Source: Leucoraja erinacea
Lineage: Eukaryota
Length of the DNA: 56,160 nucleotides
Assembly (NCBI RefSeq): GCF_028641065.1
Contig: NW_026575289.1
Span: 1 to 56,160 of the forward strand
Reading direction: 5' to 3'
Translations under genes and position numbers: made by a program
Shown here: one piece after another, positions 1 through 12,016 of the stretch
Layout: each line of letters begins with the position of its first letter
Numbering within the stretch: the stretch's first letter is position 1
The notes under the pieces: generated by a model
What the model was told of the DNA's origin: nothing
The model's input: the letters and a program-made list of their open reading frames with translations, nothing else
Database searches by the model: none

Positions 1-980
1 CGAAGATGCATGGCAGCATGAAAGTTTAATGTGAAATAAATGTCAGCAGGTTATCCACTTTGCGTAGCCAAAAACAGACGAAGGTCAATTACTATCTAAA
101 TAGGCCCGAAAGGGGAAGTACAGCGAGGACATCTGAGGATCTTGAGTTATTTTACAGTCGATGCCCGAAAGATAAGCATGCAATACAGCAGGCAGGAAGA
201 AAGGGAAAGGCCATGTTGGTCTTTTATAACAAGAGTAGCTGCAGTGTTAAAAAAATAATACAGGCACAAAGAGCAGTCTTTCGGGCCAGTTGTAACAGCT
301 GCCCCTATTTCTTTGTGAGCAAATAACTGCGAGCCTATGTGCAGTTTGCCGCCTGTGGGCCTCTCATAACAAGAGCGAGTGGAGTATAGGAGCCCAAAGG
401 GTCTTCTGCAGCTTGTCAGAACCCTAGTGAGACCACACCTGGAGTATTGCGTGCAGTTTTGGCCTGTTTGCCTTCATAACAAGAGGAGTTGGCAGGTGAT
501 GCCTATGGAGCAAATCCCACGCTCCGTTCTGCATTGTACAGCACGCTCACTAGTGAGCACCAACCTGGAGTAGTGTGGGCGCACAGCGTTTTGGATCCAA
601 GTATTTTGAGGAAGCGACATTCTTGACCCCTATTGAGGGAGTGCCAGCAGAAGAGGGCTCATAGGCAAGCAGACGGCCCTTTTTTTCATGCAGCATCACC
701 TGGAGTAAGTACGGACCGTGATGAGAGCCTGGAGGCGAGACACTGTAGTCTAGTACACTACCATACGACCACCTGAGCAAATGCGACCCCGTGTGTCAAA
801 AAGGGGGTAGGTGGCTGCCCCTACGGCCCCAGCCGCGAGCTTATTTTTGCAGAGGGCGGTAGCTCTGGAGCTTAGAAGGATGAGAGGGCATCTCATGAAA
901 ACATCAAGATACTATTCCCCCCCAAGGCTCTGCGAGAATCACATCTAGTATCGAGCACGCGGCACACATGTATCCCGATG
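1..980 (+). mobile_element. CR1 LINE RT/3' region, error-rich copy
   Basis: Recognisable CR1 peptide LLQLVRTLVRPHLEYCVQFW (379-573) and the motif GGAGCTTAGAAGGATGAGAGGG; many indels. Confidence 0.7.
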
Positions 981-1240
981 GGTAATCTGAAAATGAGTGC
1001 ACTGTGATGCACCGAGCTGGTATTCCGATTCTTACGAGTGACATCGACGTCAAAGTGATGCTACTTGTTGTTGTTGACTGCTGTTCCTACACTAGCTTAT
1101 CTTTTTAGCTCTGTCTGCTGTAACTGATATAGTTATAGGACACAGGTTGGGTAATAAATATCTCGCTTGGTCGATACACAGTCACTATAGCCCTGGTGTA
1201 AAGTCTACTTGCTATGCATACTGTTCCAGGAAGACTAACA
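981..1240 (+). repeat. 5' LTR (noisy copy)
   Basis: GTTGGGTAATAAAT-TCTC...ACTGT-CC-GGAA...TAACA matches the 3' LTR with many insertions; left boundary approximate. Confidence 0.55.
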
Positions 1241-4200
1241 TACTATATTGGCGACGCGAAGGATGGAAGCATACGATCGTGCACGTAGCTAACTGTCATC
1301 TTGAAATTACACAGTGCATCGGACGATATTATACAATCACACGGATTCTGTAATCTAGATTTAAATACAGTACAATACGGGATGTTGTGTTGACGCATGT
1401 TGGTGCGAGCTGGATGGTCTGATTTTTTTAGAGCGGGGGGTCAGGGTGGGGTGAGACCTCGTGGTCCCACTAGATCCTTCTAGGAGGTGCGGACGTAGCT
1501 AGTGAGTAAACATAGCCCCAGACTGAAGATCATAAAATTTGGCACGTACACGAAGAATTTGTCAGCTATACGCTATGTAGTGGTACACCGACGAGATCAC
1601 AACGTATGCATCGGAAAATTAGAGGGAGTGTACACACGATTATAGCACTGAGTTTCTTGATAGTCGTCACTTTCGTACACTATAGCGGGCTCCTCCAAGT
1701 GCGTGAACTAGACTTTGAATTATGCAGCTGAACATGGACATCTAAGGTGGACTGTGATTCTTACACCAAGAGGCAGAGGCAAGGAATTTGGGGTTTTGAC
1801 CTGGTCGGAGCCTGGTAGTTAGATTAAATAATTAGTACCATAGAAGGGGCAGAACTGACCGATCTAGGCCTATGTCGAGTCCACACAAGGCTACCATTTG
1901 GGAATATGTGACGAATGTTGGGTAACCGAGTGTGTAGTAGCAGCCCCAGGTTCACTACATGGAGAGCAGCCAAACATTGTTTTTCCCGGACAACACAACA
2001 CAGACACCCTCATACCCGGCATAGTGGGACGAAGGAGAGATAGTGTATGACACATTGTACCTCAAATAAGGGCCGACGGCAATCGCATGTGAAAACCCCA
2101 CAATTGTCTGACTCAGCGGAATCTGTTCCTTGAAGTTCCGCTACGGTCACAATCAATCGTGAATTACCCTGCTATCAACACCCACGTTCAAAGGCTACTG
2201 CAAAGATCCTGTGCCATTACATATATTGATTCATTTTTAAGTGTGATAAATAGAGGTGTGGAGAGGAGCACTGCAATGATACACATTAGCACCACTGGAG
2301 AACTTGCTATGTAAGGCTATAAAGGGTTTGGGAATCGGATGACATACGACAGAAGCACGAGGCATGAGGACAAATCATGATGGGCATGTTTTGACCTTGA
2401 ATAGAGAGCTGCGTTAATGTTTACATACTTGGTATTACTTGTATGCGAATTTGCCAGTGTTCCTTCGCGACACTGGCAGCACAGATTTGTTTGTGTCTAG
2501 GGGATGACGAGTTCAGTTCCAAACTGTGACCACGCTCCAGATCCACATTCCCCCCCCGAGAAAAGCATGCGAATGCTTGTTAGATACCACCCACACACTA
2601 GTTTCGCCACAGCAGTCAAAGCGAGGATGCGCTACGCGGAGGCTTTCGCTGAACTCCTCCACTGGTAGGGCTAGCAGTGTGGGTTTCCAGTCACCCCCCA
2701 AAGGCAGGTAGAACCTCAATGCCCCCGTCCAAACACACACGCAGGGCGGCGGGGGGTCGCCGCGCTGCCCGATGTGGAAATCGCACCGATATGTTAAGTA
2801 TGGCAGGGAGAGCGACCGAAGTTGAGCACGTTGGCAGATCCTGCGAACGGTAAGGAACTCCATATCCAGCACAGGTCTGTGTAAGTTCAAAATATCGCTT
2901 CCAAGTGCTATAACACGCACTGAGAAGAAGCCGACATATTACGCCTCAGATGTCGGCCTACAGGCTAGATCACGAACAGGAGAGTTACATGAGGAACCAC
3001 CAATCTGGCGCGGTATGGATGTAGCATAGCACCACGGTACCACGTCAGGAAGGAGTTCACAGTGACATTGGCACTGGGCGGCATAACCAGATGGAACACT
3101 ATTTTTATGGAACTATGGGTATGTACGATGCGCATTATAAGCTAATCCCCTACACTCGAGCGTTAATACCGCGCTACATATGCCTATCCAAGGCAACGGA
3201 CTTGCCTCACATTCGAAGCATTCAAGCCTAATTAGATTAATATTCACAGTGAATCGACTGTCGTACCATCTGGACACTGGGGCAGCACGATTGTTCAGTG
3301 GCATTTGAGGCACAGAAGACGATTTCCTCGGATGACTGATTTCCGACACACACAAACAGTTCCCAAAAGTAGAAGCCATACCATGATAGTTATCAGAGAG
3401 GCACTAATGGTTATGATCGCCTCTGAGAGACATACATGACGCGGCGAAGCCGTACGTGTTGGAGACTTGTGGACAAATGAACTGTAAAGTTAGCATAATG
3501 GTCAGTCAGTAGACACTGCTATTATAGTGGGTCCAGCTCATAGAGGAAAACGGAAGCCAACTGCCTCTTGGAAAGATTGTCTGTATGTAGAATAGAATTC
3601 AGAGCTTGGGAACGAACATTTTCATGTCTGCCAATCAAGCATTTTGTCGCAAATCACGTCTTGAGATTCAAAGAGACATACAGCAACCACAACATGCAAA
3701 CATATTGCTGACACGTGGAGACATCTTGGAAATAATCAGCGAGTATTCTTATGTGCCAATTACAACTTGACTTAAGCAAGATGTGAATAAACAGTGATGT
3801 TAATGATCGTATGACCTAGTTCAAGACCTGTACCAGACTCGCACTAAAGTAACAAGTGGAGGATAGATACTTCGAAAGCATTGTTAAGAGCGTATTAGAT
3901 GGAATAGTACTTTAGTGTAGAACAGACACAGAGTAACGGCGAACATAGCGCCAATATGTGGCCCGTGACCAAGGCTAGATAAAACCGTTTGATTATGTGG
4001 TGATACAATTCACAATCAACCAAGCCGTTGAGGACGAACAATATACGTTACGAACTCACAATGACTCATAACCAGATGGCCATCTCACTCAACTGTGCAT
4101 GGCTCTCATCAGCTTACGCCCAACGCAATGTTTGATTCATATGAGATATACGCTCAGCTTCAAGCTGACCTGAGCCTATGTTAATAATCAGACGAAGCGG

Positions 4201-5299
4201 CGTCGTACTCAGTGGGGACATCTATTTAGATAATCACTTGCCCCTCGGTCTGTGAAAGTTAACTCTCCCATAAAGTGTGTTCAGTCTGTACATGGTATAA
4301 AGCTATGATCGGACAGAAGACCATTCGGCATTGTGTGTGAGTATAGCAGCGCATGATTCGCTCACCATTCGATAGTGCACATCGAAGTACAGTGCATAGG
4401 CTAGAACATCTGGGAGAATGTAGAGCACGTTCTTCAAATAGAGAGGCTGATACTGCCACAATGTCAAAAGGGTCACGCGACAGAAGGTAATGGTGGTTTG
4501 CAAAGTCAGAGGTGGTCTACCTTGGAACCAAGGTAGATGCCAAAAGGATTCGCCCCAGTGAAAAGCGAAAGTTGAAGCAATTGTGGAATGCTCCAAAACC
4601 CCAACAATGTGTCCCCGAGCTTATGATAATTCCGTTGGTTCATGGTGCAGTGTACTTACTGCAAGCCTACGTTATTTACTTCAAGATTTAGCGAGACGGT
4701 GCTAATGAGCCACACTACTGGATCACGCTACAAAGAATGTATCGTGCATGTAGAATCATGGACGTAGGAGCGATCAGATGGTAACGATCACAATAGGTGC
4801 AGTTATAGGACATATCTGCAGCAAGGAAAACACGTTGGACCTCATCCGATGCACAGCACCGCCTTACTTTCGCATACTGTGATTATACGATTGGGTACGA
4901 CACCATCAAGTGACCGCCATGATCACAAACTTACTTATGCATGCCCGTTCAAGGTATCAAGTTGTATCGCACGCTAGGGGCTACACACTGCCTGCTCCAC
5001 AGTAATGATGCTACGGGACCAGAGTGTTAAGAGACCTACAGATGATCGTTATTGCATCTCCGACATCATGTCTGATCGAGTGAACGCGAAACTTGTAGTG
5101 CATCGATAGACAAGGAAGCACTCAGCAATACGTGTTCGGGAATCAAGACAAGACACATCCAGTTTCTGTCCTCGGCCCCCCCGACCATTCGAACTGCTAG
5201 TAACAGACTGATCACAAAGCCACTAGGTAGTGATTACTGGGTCCCCAAGTAGCGCTTTATACGAACTTCCCATGGCACTCTCTTTGGCAAGTCAAGGTT

Positions 5300-6635
5300 A
5301 TGTTTACAGCGATGGGCTATATGTTGTTTGCTGTCCCGTATTTGAACTATCATTAGGTGTGTTTTTTTTTATGTATTTCATTGAGATCATCGAAGTGCGA
5401 GGACGCAGTGCAGATGTGCTATGGGACGGACTGCGGGGGCTGTGATGCGCCTGTTGGTATGGCTGATCCAGCCTTTATGCATGTTCGTACCTCCTGCAGT
5501 CCGTCCTTTCTCCCTTTTAATTTACTATTTTAGTCCGAGTACTGTCCGTGCGGAGCATTTCTAAATTGATCAGCTCTCTTTATGTGGTGAGGGTTGGGGG
5601 GGCAGGGGGGGGTGTTGAGTGATCTTGGAAGCGGGCGAAAACGTTGTATGAAATCCCAGTCTACCTGGTCCTGAGACGAATGCGTTTTGAATTACTCCTG
5701 AACGCACTCTTAGTCCTCGTCATGGGTGTCGCCCGTACCAGCCGAGCTGCGAGCACAAGAGGAGACGCTTATGGAGCTTAGACCCACAGCAGTCCATTGC
5801 CATGCTGGGACTACATACCTATCACCGCGCCGCGTGCAGATGCTGGGACCACATATACTACCAACACGGAGACTGAAGTGACACACGATGCCTTACCGGG
5901 TCGCCTATGCTCGGGGTAACGCTGGGCCGGGGCACTGGGATAACGCCGCACATGCAACATTCGCTGCAGACTACTGGGCTGCCATGAGCGCTCCCACTTT
6001 TGCCGCGGGCGGGCTGGTACACGGAGATTTGTACTTACAAACGCGGGGGCCTGGCTGTATAGTAGAGTGACGTTACAGTGTCAGCCAGGGGTCACCTACC
6101 TGTGCTCGTTAGCTGATGACGGCTCTGAGAACTTGTGGATCATATGCAGATCTTCACGGGAGGAATGCCGGTACGTCTTACACAGTCCACAGCGTTTTTT
6201 TTCCCGCTGAGAATGATTCACCCTGATCCGTCAATGACCTCCACACCACGTATTCGCGGCTTTAGAGGGTCATGAGGTAAACATTCGAGTTGTGCTTTGA
6301 GGAGGAGGGCCACATATGAGACCCCGAACTCGGGTTCGCACCTTTTATATCCGAAGGGGGGAGATAACTGGAACTTTTACGTGCATCCCTCCACACCCAG
6401 TGAATTTCTGCGGTGAGGCGCGGACCGTTTCATGTTGATTTCTAGAGTTTGTACTGTTGCTGAGCTCTTTTTTCTTTTTTGTACTACTTTGTTTGTGTAT
6501 GGATTTATTGAACCATTTGATACAGTTTCAACTGTACATTTAATCAATCTCTGTAAAGCACGTGTTCAACACATTTGCTGGTTTGTTGTGAAACTAACGT
6601 GCGACTACCTGTAGCATAAGTGTATTATTATTATA
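5300..6635 (+). mobile_element. Nested non-LTR/SINE-like insertion inside the Gypsy pol region
   Basis: Interrupts pol between the RNase H motif and an ..LSRLP-like motif; ends in GTAAAGCAC...(TAT)n, an L2-type tail. Boundaries approximate. Confidence 0.4.
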
Positions 6636-8751
6636 TGCGTTGTCTCCGGTTGCCCCATGAGAACCTCTGGGGGGGACGTAGGAAGCGAGAACTCAATCTA
6701 CACAATGGCAAGTGGAAGAGATGAAGACTTACACGTGACTGCAATCCAGAAATGTTCTTTACAGTCACAGAAACAAACGAAAGCCACAATGTCTGTAAGT
6801 CGGTTGACGGAACCCATGACATGAATGGTGGGACTGCAAACTCGATAGTGGATGTGCAACGCACGTTCTGAAGATCAGATGCTGAAGACTTTCCATAATC
6901 GAACGCCCTGAATTATCATGAGAGGCAGGGAATGTTTTATACATGGGCGGTCTACAGTGATGCTTGCGTGTGTACCATTGAGAAACAACATTTGAACAGA
7001 TTCATGACGAACATTCTTACTCTTATTGAAACGACCTTACAGCCATTGCCGGAAAATCCTGGATGGTACGTAAGATGAACGGTCAATTATGCCAGATAGT
7101 TTATTATTATTGGCCGTTGTGGTCAGTTTCGGCAAAACAGCGTCTGACATTGAGTCACTGGCATGACGAAAATGTACACGTCGTTGTCACAATACATGCT
7201 CGCGAAAAAACCACCCAACACTATAACACCAATTGTGCAACCCTGGTCATCGGCCAAGTGTAGCACCCACCTTTCAGAGAGCTACACAGTTTTATGATTT
7301 TGCACACGAATATAGGTGTCACAGATGATCAGATCGTTCTGGTGCTGGTATGTATATTTGAGTCATTCACATCAAATATTATTTTATGAGTTAGAAAACA
7401 TATGGGGTCTATTATTAGCACTACTGTCTGATTTATACCCATAGTATGAGTTATTTTATGATCAGAAGAGATGTCATGGGGTTATTACTGGAAGACAAAC
7501 GGTCAGGCATTCTGCACACACGGGCCTCAGTTTACATTATTGAATTTAGTTCATGTTTTTTAGTGTGGTTTTGTGCCACGCAGATACCTATTTTTTATGG
7601 TAATACATATGGGTAGAGTAACACATTTTTATTGTTTCCTCAACCATCAGCCTCTAAAGGCCCGGAGCGTGCGGATCCAAGGTTATATCCAACTTAGTCT
7701 ACCGAGTTGATAACCAAAGACAATAGCTAACTCAAGATATCTTTATTGATTACAGACTATATAGCTTGATTAATAGACGGTCGTATTTAGAATAGTCTCA
7801 GCTATGCAACAACTCTGTTGGCCTAGTTTTATTGTCTCGTAATTTTTACGTACTATTGGATTGTTATTACTACCAGCATGACAGTGACAATGAAAGTTAC
7901 GCACATGCAGAACTGTAAGACCTGAAGAGAAGGCCTAAGAAATACGCCCTCGTCATACCAAACACACATGCACATTGGTCTTGACGATTGGTTGAACATA
8001 AAAGCGAGTCATAGTCAAAAACAAGGACACGTTTCGTATTGCTCAGCCGACTGAAAAGGAGAACAAGTCGGATAGTTATTTCAAAAGCAGAGAGATGAGC
8101 AGTCGAATGTTCGTGGTTCTCACAGCAGTCGTCTTTATATCCAACACCGGCCAGTAATGGAGACAAATGGGTGTTTTAGTTTCCACCTGGACGTTGGGAA
8201 AATAGTGGACTCCCGACGATGGAAGGGTCCGACCATGGCAAAAAAAAAAAAAGGTTCGTGATAGCTGTAGAGTTGGCAAACTTACACCGTGTTCGCAGTA
8301 CCATCCATCATACAATTGCTCTCCCGGCTTCCCACCCCTATCTTTGACTTGTCAAAGATGCGCTCAAGAAAACAGTTGTTTGCGATGGTGACAGTTGGAA
8401 GAGCCAACTGTGATTGAAACACAAAGTTCAGTTAGTACAGACAAAGAAACAGATTTCTCTGGTCAAAGTCAGAGTACTAAAACAGAGCCAAACAAGTCTA
8501 CAGTTGAGTCATCACCTAAACCTGTTACACCTGTTACTGTTAGACGATCAGACAGGATCCGTAAACCAGTTGTCAGATTAGGTTTTTAAGTTAAGTAACT
8601 CACTGTCTAGGTAGAATGAAAATGTGTAAATATGTAAACTAAATATATTGTGTTATCATTTAAAATTGAATGAAAACTGGTTTAAATCAAGTATCATAAC
8701 AAGAACATTGTAACTGTGTACTTAGATTTAATACTTAAAAAAGGAGAGCAG

Positions 8752-8892
8752 TGTAATGTATTCATGCATATTCATTATATGCTAATGAGTTGGTCTTGTA
8801 TATATGCAGGGAATGTTGGGTAATAAATCTCTCTTGTGATCCAGCCAGCCTGCGTGTAAGTTATTGTTCATTCTACTGTCCGGAATATAACA
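8752..8892 (+). repeat. 3' LTR, 141 bp
   Basis: Starts TGTAAT directly after the PPT AAAAAAGGAGAGCAG, contains AATAAA, ends TATAACA. Confidence 0.8.
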
Positions 8893-9200
8893 CCAATGTT
8901 GGGGGAGTCCAGAACCAGGGGCCACAGTTTAAGAATAAGGGGTAAGCCATTTAGAACGGAGACGAACACTAAACAGAGAGTTGTGAGTCTGTAGAATTCT
9001 CTGCTTCAGAGGGTGGTGGAGGCAGGTTCTCGATACTTTCAAGAGAGAGCTCGATAGGGTTCTTAAAGATAGCGGAGTCAGGGGATATGGGGAGAAGGCA
9101 GGAACGGGGTACTGATTGGGGATGATCAGCAATGATCACATTGAATGGCGGTGCTGGCTGGAAGGGCCGAATGGCCTACTCCTGCACCTATTGTCTATTG
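8893..9200 (+). mobile_element. CR1 LINE 3' end
   Basis: Homologous to the CR1 3' ends at 49360-49676; ends GGCCTACTCCTGCACCTATTGTCTATTG. Confidence 0.85.
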
Positions 9201-9239
9201 AAGTCTGTGATTCATGGACATCACCAGTTACTCACCAGC

Positions 9240-9545
9240 CTTAAAAAGGCTTGCAGTATCATCAAAGACCTACACCATCCTGGCCACACACTCATCTCCC
9301 TGCTACCTTCAGGTAGAAGGTACTGGAGCCTGAAAATTGCAACAACCAGGTTCAGGAATAGCTACTTCCCCACAGCCATCAGGCTAATAAACCTGGCTCG
9401 GACAAAACTCTGATTATTAATAACCCATTAAATGTTATTTGCACTTGTTCAGTTTATTTATTCATGTGTGTATATATTTATATCATGGTATATGGACACA
9501 CTTATCTGTTTTGTAGTAAATGCCTACTATGTTCTGTGTGCTGAA
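9240..9545 (+). mobile_element. Rex1/Babar-type LINE 3' fragment
   Basis: Peptide LLPSGRRYWSLKIATTRFRNSYFPTAIRLIN is the typical C-terminus; a related peptide lies at 36579-36700. Confidence 0.65.
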
Positions 9546-9689
9546 CTCTTGCTTTGGACAAGAGGTCGCCACCAAAGATCTTACAGCTCCGCTCTAAAAT
9601 CTTTGCTCCGAACGGCTTCAGGTCATATCATAGAGGATCATAGAGCCGATTATCTTTGGTTACTTTTGTGTTTGAGATTCACCGAGGAA

Positions 9690-10064
9690 ATGCCTGAGCC
9701 GAAACCAACAGCCAAGAAGGGCGCCAAGAAAGCATTGGCGAAACCGGCTGTAGGCAAGGCGGGCAAGAAGCGCAGGAGGTCAAGGAGGGAGAGTTATGCC
9801 ATCTACATCTACAAAGTGATGAAGCAGGTTCACCCTGACACCGGCATCTCCTCCAAGGCCATGGGCATCATGAACTCGTTCGTCAACGATATTTTCGAGC
9901 GTATCGCGGGCGAGGCTTCCCGCCTGGCCCATTACAACAAACGGTCGACCATCAGTTCCAGGGAGATTCAGACCGCCGTGCGCCTGCTGCTGCCCGGGGA
10001 ACTGGCTAAGCACGCCGTGTCGGAAGGGACAAAGGCTGTAACCAAGTACACCAGCTCCAAGTAA
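9690..10064 (+). CDS. H2B: Histone H2B (124 aa)
   Basis: ATG at 9690: [10 protein letters not shown]...[22 protein letters not shown]...[10 protein letters not shown]; stem-loop downstream. Confidence 0.95.
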   Translation: MPEPKPTAKKGAKKALAKPAVGKAGKKRRRSRRESYAIYIYKVMKQVHPDTGISSKAMGIMNSFVNDIFERIAGEASRLAHYNKRSTISSREIQTAVRLLLPGELAKHAVSEGTKAVTKYTSSK

Positions 10065-10102
10065 ACATCCACTCAATGCTGACGAAACACCGAAACCCCA
10101 AA

Positions 10103-10144
10103 GGCTCTTTTAAGAGCAACTCACATTTTCACTTAAAAGTGCTG
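10103..10144 (+). promoter_or_regulatory. Histone 3' stem-loop (basal pair mismatched) plus HDE
   Basis: GGCTCT-TTTA-AGAGCA, then AAAAGTGCTG. Confidence 0.85.
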
Positions 10145-10720
10145 CAGTAATATTTCGATATTGAATTACAGCAGAATACATTCTGAATGTTATCTTAGTT
10201 ATTTCAGATGCTGTTTACTGATTCAATGTGGTTTCAGTACCCCGGACATTCCTGGTGTCTCAGTTACATTCCCGGCCATCAACCAGACATGAAACTTCAT
10301 CCCCTTCGAATCAGTTTGTGCCAGTCATCATAAGTTGTGCCCACGGGGAGCCGATTAGTGCTATTGTTGCTGTTTTATTTGCTGAAGGTATTGCGGTTTA
10401 TTAACTTCTGTCCTCATTTATTTAACTGTTCTGAATCACATAAGTACTGACATCGGAACAGGAGTATAATAAGGCTCTAAACAGAATATCAAACAATAAA
10501 CACATATCTATACATCTGATTCTGGAACCCGGACAGTAGTGGATCGTTGTTTGCTGTAGATGTTGGCTTTATTCATGAGGACGTAACGGGGAGTGAGAGT
10601 CAGCCCGGGTGGTTTATAACAAGACGCGCGAGTGGAGGCGCGTCCACACAAGACATACGAAGCGGTCCTCTGAACGGAAATACCCAGCCGGTGCTCAGCC
10701 CTTTGATAGACACTGTAGGT

Positions 10721-10736
10721 GGCTCTGAAAAGAGCC
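10721..10736 (-). promoter_or_regulatory. Histone 3' stem-loop of truncated H2A
   Basis: Reverse complement reads GGCTCTTTTCAGAGCC. Confidence 0.92.
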
Positions 10737-10766
10737 TTTGCGTCGTTAGATTGAGGTTTCGCTGAT

Positions 10767-10992
10767 CTACTTGCTCTTGGTGCCAGAGGCTGCGCTGGTT
10801 TTCTTGGGCAACAGCACGGCCTGGATATTGGGCAGCACCCCGCCTTGAGCGATGGTCACCCCTCCCAGCAGCTTGTTGAGCTCCTCGTGGTTGCGGACGG
10901 CCAGTTGCAGGTGTCTGGGGATGATGCGGCTCTTCTTGATGTCTCGGGCCGCGTTGCCGGCCAGCTCGAGGATTTCAGCCGTCAGATACTCG
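10767..10992 (-). pseudogene. H2A: 5'-truncated histone H2A fused to a CR1 fragment
   Basis: [17 protein letters not shown]...[15 protein letters not shown]; the N-terminal ~56 codons are replaced by CR1 sequence. Confidence 0.92.
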
Positions 10993-11199
10993 CAAATTTC
11001 GAGATGTTGCATTTAATTCCCTCGTCCAAATCATTAATATATATTGTAAATAGCAGGGGTCCCAGCACTGTGCCTTGCGGTACCCCACTAGTCACCGCCT
11101 GCCATAGTGAAAAGGACCCGTTTACTCATACTCTTTTTTTCCTGTATGCCAGCCAGTTCTCTATCCACATCAATACTGAACCCCCAATACCGTGTGCTT
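10991..11199 (-). mobile_element. Internal CR1 RT fragment (no tail)
   Basis: Matches CR1 RT at 20277-20485 (GIGGSVLMWIENW...GVPQG.VLGP...SKFA). Confidence 0.88.
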
Positions 11200-11557
11200 G
11201 GAGTTGGAGTATCTGGCCGCCGCCTTTGTCCCTCCAACCGGCCTCATCATTATGGAGATGGTGTAACTCAGTGTCTGTGGAAGGACTGATCAGCGACTGA
11301 GGGGCGCGCGTTTGTTGTCCTTGAACCCGGAGCGCGTGAGAAAAGGGGGCGCAGAGCGAACAGCTTTGTATATACGGTCGTATATACGAGCCGCGTTGGC
11401 ATTTACATCGAAACCAGTTACACTTGAATCAATGAAGTCAGACTCCACTCAGCAGCAGTCTCTGCGGCATCAATTCAGATAAAACCCCGCAGAACGAAGA
11501 GAACATTAATGTAAAAGGACATTAGAAAGCCACAGCTCTTTCTTCTGCCGGATTAGT

Positions 11558-11573
11558 GGCTCTTAAAAGAGCC
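11558..11573 (-). promoter_or_regulatory. Histone 3' stem-loop (H3)
   Basis: Reverse complement GGCTCTTTTAAGAGCC; HDE AAAGAGCTG at 11533-11541. Confidence 0.93.
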
Positions 11574-11599
11574 GTTTGTTGTTGGTGGAGAGGTGGAGT

Positions 11600-12016
<417 letters not shown>

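Larger units (their letters stand above)
981..8892 (+). mobile_element. Ty3/Gypsy LTR retrotransposon inserted into the CR1 (internal part error-rich)
   Basis: Clean 3' end: integrase tail RRSDRIRKPVVRLGF (8395-8589), polypurine tract at 8737-8751, TG...CA LTR. Noisy 5' LTR copy followed by a PBS-like TGGCGACG (1249-1256). Degraded TDHKPL-like (~5205) and HPASNG.AER-like (~7645) motifs. The CR1 resumes at 8893 where it broke off at ~980. Confidence 0.75.

Noticed and set aside
60-8315. Many 60-135 aa ORFs in the first 8 kb
   Set aside because: Chance frames in error-rich retroelement sequence; only short CR1 and Gypsy motifs are meaningful.
9432-9689. 86-aa N-terminal extension of H2B (210-aa ORF)
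   Set aside because: It starts inside a LINE 3' UTR; the context ACCGAGGAAATGCCTGA shared with the other H2B marks 9690 as the start.
10767-10800. H2A.X assignment for the SAASGTKSK tail
   Set aside because: No terminal SQ(E/D)Y motif.
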